DNA of 64,000 nucleotides from Bigelowiella natans CCMP2755 (GCA_000320545.1 ADNK01001384.1:1-64000); one strand, 5' to 3'; counted from the first letter of the stretch, positions 36,633 to 53,040 are shown. The notes: generated by a model from the letters alone, not told the origin. Numbers and translations: made by a program.

Positions 36633-38418
36633 CCCGTTTCTCTCATCTGCCTCATGTCTTGTGGGAGTCGAGATGTAGATGGCAACAGCACAAAGATTGC
36701 ACACGATACATGTGCTGGTTCGTCCTTCCGGGGAACTAGCTAGCATTCGGTTCCATTCAAAACTTAGTATTAGTGTAATTTGTGTCTTGAAGTTGGATAA
36801 ATTATGGAAACAATTTTTTGTAGAAATGCAATTTTCTATTGAATAGTTTTTAATTGTTTTTAAAATTTGTATATGTAAATCTAAATCACTAGGTATTGGC
36901 TCATTCCTTACTTTTTTAATCGATTTAAGAATCCATCTTGTTCTTAAAGCTTTTTTAAAAACTTCACTTTCTTCTTCAAATATTGAGATAAATAATATAT
37001 TCTATGCTGTCGATGCGAAGAAAGTGACAATGAGACACGTGGTGGCATGTGTCAACGATCTAGACAGACGCACGTTTGAAGCTGAATGTGCCCTCACAAA
37101 TAAATTTAGAAACCAAAATCACGGTGCACATCGCATCCATGAGGATCTTCATTGTCTATTTGCATGCTAGCCGCATGCGACAATGCGTGATCTTGTCACG
37201 AATGAAAAATGCATCATCATATGGGCCCAGCCCAGAGACACAAATGTTTCTGTAATGCAGGCGGCGGTGCTGACAAGCTGGATTTGGGGTCCGCCTGCTG
37301 AGGTGAGATGATAGACTCTTGTCTCTTGTGCATGCATCGTTGTGCACCGTCAAGTACAAGGGTAGCATGTCGATCATTTCGCCAAAAATGGGGTTCATTG
37401 TGTGGCGCAAACTCTCATTGAAGTTCAGGCTGAACATGTCTAGATGTGCCTTGCTTGGTGCATGGTGGCATGTGCAGAAATGAAAATTCACATGTGCATG
37501 AAAAGACACACAAGAAGGCATTGGTTCATGTGCATTTACGCGTGCATACGCACAATGGACTCACGTGTCTCATTGACCACATCTAGACATGGCGCTGCTA
37601 CACTGCCCAGCTGTCTAGTTGTCTCAGGTCGATTGATTGAGCACAATGACATTGGTCAATCATTTGTGGCATGAGGAGCACCTCACTGTGAACAAGCTAG
37701 CAAGGTTCACAATGAACGCGGCACACACGCACTTGTGCTACACTCACTGCAGTCCTCATCACTTCGCAATGCATCCCTTCAGATTGCGTGCAAGCTCTTG
37801 CGTCAACAACAGCAGCCCAGATTCGATTCGGCGCAAGCAAGCTGATCCCCGCCTCTCGCATACACATCCTTCGACAAAATCTTCAGATCATTTGTGTCCG
37901 GAACCTCGCCTTCCAGCAGGTTTTGCAACGCTTTCGAATTTTGCGGATTGAGGAGAAACGAACGTGGACAGGTGGGCACGCCAGCACGTGTCTCACGATG
38001 ATCGAAGACCTAGAAGATGGTGATGCACGTGCATGACACGACCATGGGTGCATGCGTTTGCAAACTTGTTTGCCAACACCGACACACATGCGCACATGCA
38101 CACACATCTGCTTACCTAGATCTACAAACACAAACACTCCCGCCTCCATGGTGCGCTCTCGATGTCGACAGATCTGCCGTTTCAGATCGTCGGAAGGTTT
38201 TTTTCCGTGTCTCAGATGAAAAATGCATCCGGTTAATTCGAGGGAAGGCGTTTGGCGAGGATTGCACTGAAATAATCCCCTGCATCTTTGTTACCATCGG
38301 AACGAAATCCGAGTCCAACTTCTCCATTTCATGGCCTTCGTCGTTGCCCCCACCACCACCACTACTACTACTACTCGTATGCGCATCTACTACTCCACGA
38401 CCATGTCATTATGAAGAT

Positions 38419-40099
38419 ATGACAATTGTGACTGCATCGAAGTGGTGGCGGTGGTGGTGGTCGGCACTGTTTCTGCAACTGCTTGGAGAAGGGGGGGGGG
38501 GAGGAGGAAGAGGAGGAAACGAACAAGTCCCGTCGCAGCTTGAACCAGTCCTCAGTTCCTACTACCGTTTCGCGAAACCCGTTGTTGGATCCCCACAGAT
38601 CGTCACTGGCGGTCGCCTCACGCTCAGGGAGCTTTTCTATCTCAAGGAGGCTGGCTTCAGATCAATTATAAGCATGTTCAACATGTCCGCGACGACTGAA
38701 TGGAAGGGAATGCATGGGGAGTTCCACTCCTCTGATGAGCAGGTAAAGATTGCTACAGACCTAGGGATGCACGCTGTCAATTTTGATTTGGGAGGCAAAG
38801 ATTTTCCGCCCCCATTTTCGCTCGAAGCCGTGGGTGCAGTCTCGAAGGCCGTTGAATCACTGCCACAACCGATTTATCTTCACTGTCACGTCGGCTACAC
38901 CGCCTCCCTGTTCGCGCAAATTCACATGGTGACGAAAGGTGTACGATCTCCATCCATGATATACAACGACACAAGGGGTCTTGGGTGGGACTATCAGAGT
39001 AATACGGCATCTAATGCTCTTATTTCAAGTTCTACTGGATGTCGGAGGCCAGTCTCCCCCCCGTCTATGGAACAAGACCTAGCACTTGGCGAGGATTCGT
39101 ACCTGTCTTACTACTGGGTTCATCGGGTACGTAAGAATAGTATCTCTGTACTATTTCTGTAGCATTAGGTCGTTTTTGTGGAATAACGAAGCAAATTGGA
39201 GAAGAGTGCAGTTTTCATTTTTTTGGCGTAAGGTCTTGGACAGCTTGATGTGGTGTGATAATCATAGTGAAATAGTGATAATAATAATAATCATAATCAT
39301 AATAATTGTGGTTTTAGTATATGGTACTCATGTTGCTGCTGCCATCTTCCTGGTGACTATTACTGCTACTAGGTTGGAGACATGGACGGGTTTTACAATA
39401 CAGGGCAAATCTTAGAGACGCATATTGATGCCATCGTCGCGGCCGGATATAAGACTGTGATCTCATTCCGGGATGACGGAGAGCCCACAACGCGTCTTCC
39501 ATCTGATCCGAGCCCTGGCCCTCTTCGAAATTTCGAATTCTCTGATGCAGAAGGCAACTGGGTGCTTGCAAAAGAGGTCGACGCACCACTCGTTCTCTGT
39601 TCCCCCCCCCCCCAAACGCAGAATGTGAACACGCAACGCCGCCTTTAGATGAATGCCTGAGTAATGTGTCTTTGTGATCTTTTAAATTATTCTCTCATTG
39701 AAGCGGTGATGCGGCAATGAAGGAGGACACTACGAAGAGGATTTGATTTTGAACTTCGCTTCCTTGTCACTGTGTTTCTTCTCCTATCAGGCCCAGGCTA
39801 TTCGAGAGGCTGGGCTTTCCTTTGTTAGTGCACCCGTTTCCGGGGTAAACTCTTTCACTGCGAAGGATTTTTTTACGCATGAGACTTCCATAGCGGCTGC
39901 AGAAGCGAGAGGTCCCGTCTTAGCGCACTGTGCTACAGGGTACCGAAGCATTGTGTACCTCCTAGCCTATCTCGGCCGAAAACATGGCCTATGTTTATCG
40001 TGGGCTATCACGGAAGGGATGAAAGCAGGATTTCGGCTGGAAGAGAGGCAAGAAGACTCTAGAGCTATAAATTTTCTGAAGGAAATGCTGAATTGCTAA
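38419..40099 (+). CDS. Secreted-type protein with two tandem DUF442/Blh (PTP-fold, sulfurtransferase-like) domains; 3 exons
   Basis: LKEAGFRSIIS...PQPIYLHCHVGYTA and IVAAGYKTVISFRDDGE...AGLSFVSAPV...GPVLAHCATGYRS; hydrophobic N-terminus. Confidence 0.75.
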
Positions 40100-40829
40100 A
40101 CTGGAGTACATATGCAGAAACCGCACCGGTTTGGAGCTGCGCTGTGCTTGTATGAAATCACAAAGACCTACCGACGCTGTGAACAAATGAACGCAAACTA
40201 TACCGTTGCAATCTATTTTAGAGAAATTAATAGAATGAGTGCATCGCATCCAGCAGATGGCACAATTTTGCATGCATAAATCGCAAGAATATTTTTGCAA
40301 CATCGGTCGTGCGGACCTCTAGTCATATGCACGCTGCAAACAATCAGCAACACCAACACTCCACATTCATGCGCGACGGGTTTGTTGTGCTGCACACAAA
40401 ACTGTGCGCAACTGTTCACAGTCAAGATGCACCAAAACGGACGCATATAAATGCTGAATTATACATGCGTTGTGTCTTGTTTTTAAAGAAAAGAGTCTCA
40501 GGCAGTTCTGTACGCATTGTTGCGCATGTCGAACGCATGCAATAATGCGCCATCAATGCAGCGCACGATCGATGACTGTGTGCGCAACATTTGCCAATAC
40601 ATTCAAGTAGGCCGTCAACGAGACTAGCTCAACACGAAATCGCATGCTGGGGACAATGTGCGGTACATCATCATCACTCCGTGCATATTGTTTGAGAATG
40701 CAATGGGCTTAATTAAAAGATTTCAATTCAAAAGTTGAGTTAGGCATGTCTGCCTCATTCATTAGCGCAGATGCATGATAGTCGTGCATGAGTAGATAAC
40801 TTTGAGTTTCCATGCTCTCTTTTCGTATT

Positions 40830-42104
40830 CTAGCCTGACGTTCGATTAAGTCGCAGAAATATCCTCGCGAATGAGTTCATGTTCATCCTCCAGAAAACTT
40901 TACAAAGCTGATCGCCAGCGCCAGACAAGGTGGAGGTGTCCGGGTTGCGTTCGCAAGCATCATCAACTTTTTGCAATTGTAGCCCGGAATTGTTGATTTT
41001 CACCGCCTTTGCGAACTTAATTTTTTCTCCCTTAATGATGTTCGCAACAGGTGGCTTGCCTCCACAGCAGAAAGTGAATAAGAGAAACAATTTGTCGGAA
41101 ACGCCCTTCTGCTTGGCAAGCATTGACAAAATGAGCCGTTGATTTATTGTGATCCTCGACTGGTTGCCGCTCATGGTGAAGAATATAGCATCGATGCGGC
41201 GTTCCTTAAGAATTCTGTCTATTTTCTTTTCTAGTTTCGAATCGCCTTCATAATCCATGCCAAAACCTGGACAGTCGATGACAGTGATTGGATGTGGAAA
41301 CCGTTGAAACGAAAGCTTAGGCAGGTGATAAGTTCTGATCTTTGACTCCACAGGCTCATCGTCCACAAGCTTCAAGCGAAATTTGTCCTCGAAATCAACT
41401 CCATAGATATGGTTAATCATAGAATTGATCGAAGAGGTAATTCCCGATCCGGTTTGACCAAGAAATAGGAATGTCTTAGCATCTTTGTGTGCCTGCTTTG
41501 TCGATCTTATTTGTTTCACACCCTCTAGGCCGTTCTTCCAGCTCTCAGCGGTGACTGTGCGTGGAGATTTCCGACAGATCCATATCGAAACAACCCCGAC
41601 AAGGATGGTGAAAGACAGTGTTGCAAACCAAGCAGACTTGGAGGACATGCTCAGAATCTTGGCCGCAAACGACGACATCCACATTGTTGACATAGGAGAT
41701 GTCACATGTGCACCAATGTTAGCCCATTCAAAGGTATTAAGTAGACGTCTGATCTCTTTCAGGCAACTGGTGGGAGATAATATCCACCCTATAGAGCTAC
41801 TGAGGGGCATTTTCATTTCGCTCCGACCGATTTCAGTTTCTTTTATTTCGCCTTTCTGTCCTCCAAAGAAGTGAGAAACTACTTGGAAGTAGGTAGAGTA
41901 CTTGGAGGTAGGAGTAGACGTAATTACGCCTCTCGACCGCAATCTTATCGCGACGGCTGTTGCGCACAATGTCACTAAGATGCCAAAGATGGTCAGGGCA
42001 GCCCATGCTCTGCCCGTTCTCGAACATGATTTCGACAGATTTGACGTCGATTGTTTGCAGTCATCACTACTCTTCTTTGATTCCTTGATCTCTTGTGAGG
42101 CCAT
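40830..42104 (-). CDS. Intronless TRAFAC-class P-loop GTPase-like protein (AIG1/septin-like) with two N-terminal TM helices; degenerate Walker A
   Basis: 424-aa ORF with FLFLGQTGSGITSSIN (G1), VIDCPGFG (G3) and LLFTF (G4-like); two hydrophobic segments. Confidence 0.75.
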   Translation of the reverse strand: MASQEIKESKKSSDDCKQSTSNLSKSCSRTGRAWAALTIFGILVTLCATAVAIRLRSRGVITSTPTSKYSTYFQVVSHFFGGQKGEIKETEIGRSEMKMPLSSSIGWILSPTSCLKEIRRLLNTFEWANIGAHVTSPMSTMWMSSFAAKILSMSSKSAWFATLSFTILVGVVSIWICRKSPRTVTAESWKNGLEGVKQIRSTKQAHKDAKTFLFLGQTGSGITSSINSMINHIYGVDFEDKFRLKLVDDEPVESKIRTYHLPKLSFQRFPHPITVIDCPGFGMDYEGDSKLEKKIDRILKERRIDAIFFTMSGNQSRITINQRLILSMLAKQKGVSDKLFLLFTFCCGGKPPVANIIKGEKIKFAKAVKINNSGLQLQKVDDACERNPDTSTLSGAGDQLCKVFWRMNMNSFARIFLRLNRTSG

Positions 42105-43419
42105 TGTTGTTTCGTGAGTTCAATTATGCTTAGCGTGTGTTCTTTCTCTTTCGGATTCGTTCTTTCTCTTTTTGGATTCTGGTTGCGGTTCAACTTGGTT
42201 TGCAAAGAGACGCAGAGAGAAGAAAATTCCATGATGGAGCTGATTTCTTGCTCGGCTCACATTTTGGAGAAGAAATACAGGCGTTTTTCAAAATGCGACG
42301 TGACAATGATGCATACTACGGGAAAAATAGAAGCGAAAGCAAACGAAAAGTTAATGCTGTTGTTTATTTTTTCGGGTCGGCTGCTAGCTCGAGAAGGAAA
42401 AGGTGGCTGCGACCAATTCATCTGTGGACACTCCAGGACATTGGCTAGTTGTGTTGCTCACCACCAACAAAAAACAGGGTGCTGACAAGTCCTTGCGATG
42501 ATGTTTGTTGAGGCTCTGCTGCATGCACACGCCTGTCTCCCATGTGGTTCTGGTGCATGTAGATTTGATCAATGCTTTGTTCAATGTTCAATGTTCTGTT
42601 TGTTCCTGTCAAACTGCTAGTTTCGCCCTCTTTTGGTGATGATGCTGTGTTCAATGTTCAATGTTCAATGTGTCCTGCAAATCAAATCCATTCACAACTG
42701 AGTGAAGAATAAAGTCAACGTGATCATTTGTTCCCGAATCGAGAAACTTGTGTGCAACGTGTTGAGCATGTGTGCCTGCCGCGGCATGTGCAGTGCCTTT
42801 TGCTTGTTCCACATGATTGGACTACATGAATTCGTGTTGATCGAATTTCTAGACATTGCTTGTGTGAGAAGCATGCATGTGATCTTCAATGACATTGCAT
42901 GTGCATCGAAGCTGTCTGTGTGTCATTTTCAAGCATGCTTGTAAATCACTGTCGCACGATCCATGGGCACTTCCAGAACGTAGCGGGACAATCAGCGTTG
43001 AAAGTGTCATTCATCGTGAAAGTTGACATTCATTTCATCGTGTTTCAAGCACAATGTTCGCAAAAAAAAAGATCTGATGCAATGAAGCGACTTTGTGTTG
43101 ACATGTAATGTACATCTTGATGTCAAACGAGCAAACCATGATACTTCTGCGTTGTAGAAACGAACATTATATAATGGTTTTTATGTAGTTAGACTTTTCC
43201 CTTCCTATCTATCTTTTAGCAAAGAATAGAAAATATTGCGTCAGAAGCCCTTCACTTTCTTGAAACAATTATGTCGGCGCTTATCGAGGCCTTGTATTTG
43301 GAATTCAACAAAAATTAACTGGTTTCGACCGCTCCATCAGCAATGGAATCCTGGTATACTATAAAGGTAAAATACATAAGAATAACCACTACTATTAGAA
43401 CGTATATGAGAGTGTAACT

Positions 43420-44532
43420 TCAACCACTGTCCTTGTTCATCTCATCTTTCACAACCAAGACTGGGACCTTTAGTTATTTAATGTCTATATTAAGAATATT
43501 TTGTGCTGCAAAAAGGCTTTATCTGGGGAATTTTGTGGAGGTTTCTCACCTTGCAGTTGTGGACACAGTAATCACTGACGCTCCCGAGGAGAAAGCGCTT
43601 GAAGTTGCCTAGGTGGTGATGGCAAATCGACAAAATAGAAGAGAACGAAAGAAGTGGGCTAATAAAGTACCTAAGCCTCGGCTAGCCAATACCAGCAATT
43701 CTGCATCCATATCCTCCGCATACTCGCAGATCTGATAAGGAGTTATAAAGCTAAAAATCTGTGCGTTAAACGGGAACTTCACTCCTACCTTTCGGTTGCA
43801 ACTTCCTTGGAAAACTGCCGCAATCGGGATTACTTTGCCTGGAAGAGAAATAGAACGGAATAGGAAATTTATGTTCTCATAGAAGCAAATATACCACCAG
43901 AGAAAAATTTAGTGTGGGAATCAAAATAGATAAGATGTTGTGAAAACGGTTAAGTGCAGCATCAATCCTACCGATTCCTTCAAATTAGCATACTGACCTT
44001 GCTCTGCGCAGCGCTTTTGGTAGGTTTTCTAACAAAAGAGAGATCATCTTGTACAGATAGATGCCGAAGAACTAGAGGAGGGCGTAAGTTCTAAATTACC
44101 ATCAACTTTATCGCATTTTGCTGCCCCCTCAGCTCTAGCTGGGCATTTTGATGCGCAATGCTGAGAATATGAGAAGAAAGAAATGAGATTATCTTCCTAT
44201 GTTTGTGGAAACCATTGCTCAAAACTTTCTGACTTCCTCACGTCTTATCTACTCTATTTACTACCTCTCCATTTCTGAAAAAGTGTCCAAAGGCCCTGAC
44301 ATTGGAATTGGCTCGAAATCAAACACATTCAGAAGATGAACCTGAGGGGAAGAGGATGATCACGAAGATACTCCGGCTAGGAACGTGGAAAGGTAGTTTG
44401 GAATAGTGGACTAGCAATGAATCCAGACTTCATCGTTTTCTCTGAAGAGTTTCTTTGCACACCAGTCGAGAGCATGGCCGCTAAAAACATGAAAGTACAT
44501 CTTTATCTTGATAGTAACAAACGGCAATTGAG

Positions 44533-44569
<37 letters not shown>

Positions 44570-45049
44570 CCCCTCTCTTCTCTGATGTGAACCTATAATC
44601 CGACGCATCAAGGCAGACGACAATTTTTCTTGACAACCCATTTCCTAAATGAGGTTGTCGTTATCGTATGATTCAATAAAAAATTGCTTCAGGCTAGTGT
44701 GTCCGAAACCCTTTTGGCGGTCGATTTTCAGAGGCTCCGCGTCAGCCCAGACGCAGTCTTTTGCGTCAAAGCTGCAAATATAAAGTGTAAACTTACCAAA
44801 CAGAAGGTTTACAATAGAAAAGCCTGCAAACCTTGCTTTTGGGCGAATGATGCAGGATCTCGTTGACAATAAAGGGATTTGCAAAGGACGCTGTTTAGCA
44901 ACGGGAAACGCTTTCGAAATAAGCTGTTGATGTCGGAGAGGATTCCATACAGAAGAAAGTGTTAGTCCACGTCGTGCTTTCAAAACTGACGGGCCTATTC
45001 GACGGTGAGAAGAGTGCAACAGCAGTTTGTCGTAGCCTAACATCAACAT
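43420..45049 (-). CDS. Universal stress protein (UspA-like) with basic N-terminal presequence; multi-exon
   Basis: Exon peptides KIVVCLDA, HALDWCAKKLFRENDE, ICEYAEDMDAELLVLASRGL|GNFKRFLLGSVSDYCVHNCK|VPVLVVKDEMNKDSG*. Confidence 0.88.
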
Positions 45050-45853
45050 AGGTGAAGTTTCTAAAAGAAAAATGTCAATGACAGAAAATTTCGTGAACCT
45101 CCCAACGAAAAGGCAAGTGCCATTGCAACGGAAACGATGAGCAGTAGCGTTGCTCTGAATCGATTGATCTGGATAGATTTACGGCCACTTCCATGCATAA
45201 CACCTTTCATCTAGAACGCGAGCGATCAAGTTTCTTTTCGATTTGTATGTTCCGGGGGAGGGATACATGTACTCATATCTTCTTCTTCCACTGCCCGGCA
45301 CTAACGAAAAATAATGAAAATTCACCTCCATTTTATCATTCCCAGAGACACATGTGCATGTCGCAAGCGAAAATTTGTGCTATCATTTCTTGTGCATACC
45401 CTTACTATTTCTCGGTATACGGGTGGAGAGAAAGGTGCCCTGAGAAACGAAAAACAGGTTCAAAACCATGAACATTCGCCAGCTGCGACATCAAATTGAC
45501 GAAATCTGCAACCAAACTTCGCGTCGACAGTTCTGATCCGAGTTTGCTTTGAAAAGAAGGATACCCAATCTAAGTCGCACCAGGTAAAAAGCAGACCGCT
45601 ACATGAGAAAAACACGTTTTCGAACTGTCAACTAGAAGAATCCGTTGTCTGGATTGGCTGTGTCCAGTGTTGCAAAGGTTTAATGCACTTCGAAAGCCAG
45701 ACGCTCTGTCTGAATGCCCTGCGTTGATTAAACGCCGTAACGAGAAGACGTGGCGATTTTCTCCTGAAGCCGAGCTGGCTGACAGGGGTGTCCAGACACA
45801 CTGGTCCATAAAAGCACGAAGGGGAGGGGATCCAATCGAGACCCCGAATCGCG

Positions 45854-48520
<2,667 letters not shown>

Positions 48521-49126
48521 GGAGGCTACTGCATGAAGCATGCAGGATATCGATCTATTGAAATCCCCAATGCGAGCATATGTGTAGCCCCCTACGATGC
48601 AGCTTCTAAGCCGCGGTGATGCTTGTTTTTCATCTTGCCGCATTCTGAATTTACTCGCAATAAAGTAAACATTGCATTGAAAATGCGGGGCTGCTGTCTG
48701 CACAAGTGATATGGAACATAAATAACGCAATATACGACTGCAGCTCGTATAGTATGCTGGCGCTGCAAGAAACCTTATTTCACACATGTCATCGAGTACA
48801 TATACGCATAAAAATGATGCGTAGGGAGTTATGATAGACATAGTTCACCCCTTCCACGTTGTAGCTGTCCTTACCATCCTGCCAAAGTAAAGCTATCGCG
48901 TACACAGTAATGTGCATCGAAGCGCGGCGCTCGTCATCATCTATGTTAATACGCTCATTGTATCATCCAGCTACGGCATGAGCAATGTGCAAGCATGCAT
49001 GGAGATAATGATGAAAAAAAGACAAAGTTTGAATTTCATAGTTACATTTAATTATCATTTTCGCTCATCAATGTAGGTACCGCACAAATCACATCCTTTT
49101 CAACACCCATAGCTTGCTGCTGGGGA

Positions 49127-49743
49127 TCATACGGGACCCGTCTTTTCTAAGGTCACAAGCCACCGTGACCACTTGCTGGACATTATCTGCTTCGCTGTGT
49201 TAATCACTACTAGGCCTGCACTCTTCAGAACCTGCTCATAATGCCGGATGGGACAATCATCGTCATATTCCGAGGTCGGGGATAAGTCCATCTCCTTCAC
49301 AGGCCAAAAGAATGTAACACGACCGCCATCCACCAAACTTGACCCTGTACCGTGTAAAAATTACGAATGTGAAAAACTGGTTGTCTATGCTCGAAATGTA
49401 ACCAAAGTTTTTTGGTCTTGCGCGACGTATCTGCAGCACACAATGGTACCTGCAAGGTCGATGACTCTAAGAAAGGGTGCATGATCAAACAACCCACCCG
49501 TCGGCAAGAGATCCCTAAGTCAAGAAAAAGGAAGAAAGAAGGAGGAGGATTTTGTGAGCCCACATAGAAGCAATTGCAATACAGGATGGGAAAAAAAAAA
49601 GGCTCCGATCTTCGACCTTGCCCCTTCCCCGCTGTTCTGAAACGAGATCTCCATAATTCCGTATGGTGGGTCAGTCACAATCGCGTCATACCTTTATTCA
49701 TATAACAAATGCGAATTGGTTAACATGAAGACGACGAAGATGC

Positions 49744-49785
<42 letters not shown>

Positions 49786-51183
49786 CTTCTCTCTCCCTTA
49801 CTTTTGTTGAAAAGCTGGCAAAGATTGATCGAAAGAATTTCCCGGAACTAGCGAAGGCGGGTCCAGGTCAGCCGCGACAAAGTTCTGCGCGATGGTTAGA
49901 GGCGCAGTAGAGTGGCTGCTTTCATTGGCACGATCACGATGACGCCGTTTTGAAATTCTGTTGTTCTGTCCTGTAACTATATTGTCATCATCTTCGTCAG
50001 CTTGCAAGCCCGCCTTCTTATTTGCAGCGCGGTCCTTCACATGTCGGCTAGATCGCTGCCCCGTCAACACTTTTGCGTCAACATCTACGCCGACTGTCGT
50101 TTTGGCACCTACTTGAGCAACAACAATGGGAAGCGGGAAAAGAGGAGTTTCTACGAGCATTCCCCGCCCACTGGCGGAATGAAAAGTCTAGGGGGCGGGG
50201 GGAGGGGGGATAACGAAAGGCGACACCTAAATGTGCAGCAGCCAGGAGAATGGAACATGACCCACAGAAGGGGTCCAGCACCCTACTGCCCGGCAATACG
50301 CTAAGGATGAATGACAATCGGCTTAGTGAGGACATGGATGGAAAATGTGAAGGAGAGATCTGGGGGTGTTTCATCATCGTCCCAGTCTCTCCATTTACGG
50401 TTAGTGTTGCTACTCGCCAGTAGTACCCTGCAAGGTTGCACATCAGGAAGGAGAGCTCTGGGTCCATTGCAGTAAATCCGCAATAATGCCTCTGCATGTG
50501 GAAGAACATGCCAGTTTTTACCCGACAGGTTTGGAAGAAGAGAGCTCACTCACAAGAGGGAGGGGGGTGGTCTACCTTCCGCAATGAGAAGGCTTCGAGT
50601 CTCTTTCCTTTTCCTCCGAGTCTTACGGCATCTCCTCGGAGTTGTTGATCCCTAATGTCCTCCGAAACCAACACCTCTCCAAAGAAGGCCTGAAAGGTGA
50701 TTGGGCAAGCGCACGCGCGTGAGTGTACATTACGCCTGCGTCAGATCTACCAGTGTTCGTGGGTAAAAGAGTTAAAACTTCATCACAAGAGATCGACAAC
50801 TGCAACAAGCGGGGGGGACATTAGAGGCGATTAGTGTGGCGCGGTCGCTATGCAAAGCACCACACGTGCAAAACAGGGGAACCTTACCTTCTCTAACGTA
50901 ATATTATCGTGATCGTCGTGATTCCGCCAAAACTCTATGACAGCTATATTGAGGGCGGGATTTCGAAATTTCACAGGGCCTAGCATATCAACCGCATCTG
51001 TGTAGTGGTCGAGCACCGCAGAGATGTTTGCCTTTCTTTTTCCGAGGAGGACAGGATGCGCCCGCCATGGCAAGACTCTAGATGCGGCGGGGACTTCAAG
51101 TTGGCGTGCTGCTTCCTCGTGAGATCTTCCCTCAGCCCATATCTCGTGCGCGCCGTGGACCAATATGCATCTATCAGCGACCT

Positions 51184-51232
<49 letters not shown>

Positions 51233-51852
51233 TCATTAGCGCTGCAGTTTATGCAAAATTGAGAATTTCGATCGTGCGTTACATTATAATCATTGTAATG
51301 CAAATCATTTTTTCCTAAGAAAATTGTCGGTACCTTTATGAGATCGTCCTTATTGATACCGTCGACATATTGCAGAAGGCCATCGCAGCCCACCACCTCT
51401 TCGAAACACACGTCAGATGGCTCAATCCCCGAGGCATGAGCGACGGATTTGAATTCGCATGATCTTAGCATTTCGTAATCTTTGATACGGAATGACCTCA
51501 TGATCCTTGATCGATTTCTGAATTGCACGACCGACTTAAAGCCCGAGTGGTGGTAGCTCTGTTTTGGCGTGGGCGCTGTTGTTTTTGTCGCTCGTCTCCC
51601 AAACCCTTCTCTCGGTACCCTGCCCCAGGACTTTCCAATATTTTGACGAGTTCTCACGACGCGATTGGAGCGTGAGAACTGCTCTATTTGTTGCAACGGT
51701 CCTTGGGCTAACTGCCGAGCAGAAAGGGGTATGACCGTCGTCGACGGCAATAATAGCATAATCGCTGAGTTCATGGCTATAATAGCTAGAAGGGAGACGA
51801 GACTACGTAGGGATATCTGCATGGTAGCTGCAGGGGGGGATAGTCGCCGCAT
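49127..51852 (-). CDS. Trm11-like tRNA (guanine-N2) methyltransferase with signal+transit-like presequence; multi-exon
   Basis: TAMDPELSFLMCNLA|...VLDPFCGSCSILLAAAHLG|...YDAIVTDPPYGI. N-terminus MQISLRSLVSLLAIIAMNSAIMLLLP is followed by an R/S-rich stretch. Confidence 0.85.
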
Positions 51853-52207
51853 AAGGAGATCTATGGGTGAAAGAATCCCCCACCCCTTCTAGCCGATGGA
51901 GTCGGATGAGAGAATTGTTGCTTCAGTTGCAGCGGCGGTGAAGTATGGTCCAAAATATTTAGATATTCTCGTATGTAAAAAGTAATTAAAAATAAAGGGC
52001 GTATTTGGGTGATATCAAGCAATAATTTGATGTCGCATTTAATAATTGTAGGTAAAACGTCCCTGTTTACCTTGATGGAACCGAATAAGAAATAAGAAAC
52101 AGAACCAACCGAAGGGCGCCGTTCCCTAAGGCTTGCCATCAGACCGTGGTGGCTGAGTTACTTCTGCGGTTGTGGGTGGAATTGACTTCTTCAGTCCATT
52201 AGGAGTC

Positions 52208-53001
52208 ATGGCTGACGCCTCGTCAGGAAGGAGGTAGGCAAGAGCTTTTGACTTATGGCGAGTCCGCTGTTTTAATGAATGTTCCCCGCATGATAGGTCT
52301 AAGACGGAACTTCTCGCAAAATTGAAGCAGGAGGCCGAAGACTACGAGACGTAAGGAATTCTCTCTGTGATCTGTTCAAACTTTGTCTGCTGCTACGACG
52401 TTCTTGGATGTCATGATATGTGAAATGCGTTGATGATGATGATACAAGATGCTGAAAATGACTCCTCATAAGAACCAGGAAAAAAACCCAATTTCCGACT
52501 GAATCTTAACCACTGCTTGTGCTTGGCGAACGACGCAGAAAAATCAGGATTGAGCGCGGAAAAGTCTGCCACTGCGAGGGAGAGAAGGAGCGGCATGCAG
52601 AAACGCTCGCCGAGCATCGAAAGCGCCAGCCTCAATGCAACTATCGCAGCAGCAGCGCTGCTGTCTCTACAATGGCGACGACTGCAACCCCAACCTCAAG
52701 TCATCAACTACGGAGTAGCGGGCATCGACAACTTCAGTCAACAGCCCAGCAGGATCTACGTCAGGTGCGACTCCTCGAGAACAGGCTCTCCAAGGCCGTC
52801 ATGCGGCTTGCCGAGACTAATAACCACAACCGAATCCTGCGCTCGAAATTTGATCATTTCCGACGTGAGAAGGTCGGTGACAACAGCAATGACGACAATG
52901 ACGATGCCCATGTTATTCGTTGCTCCGAGAAGGAGCACAGATGTCCCACACGAAACTAAGCAACATTTGTCCGGAAGTTGATAAACGCACGCTTAACACA
53001 C

Positions 53002-53040
<39 letters not shown>

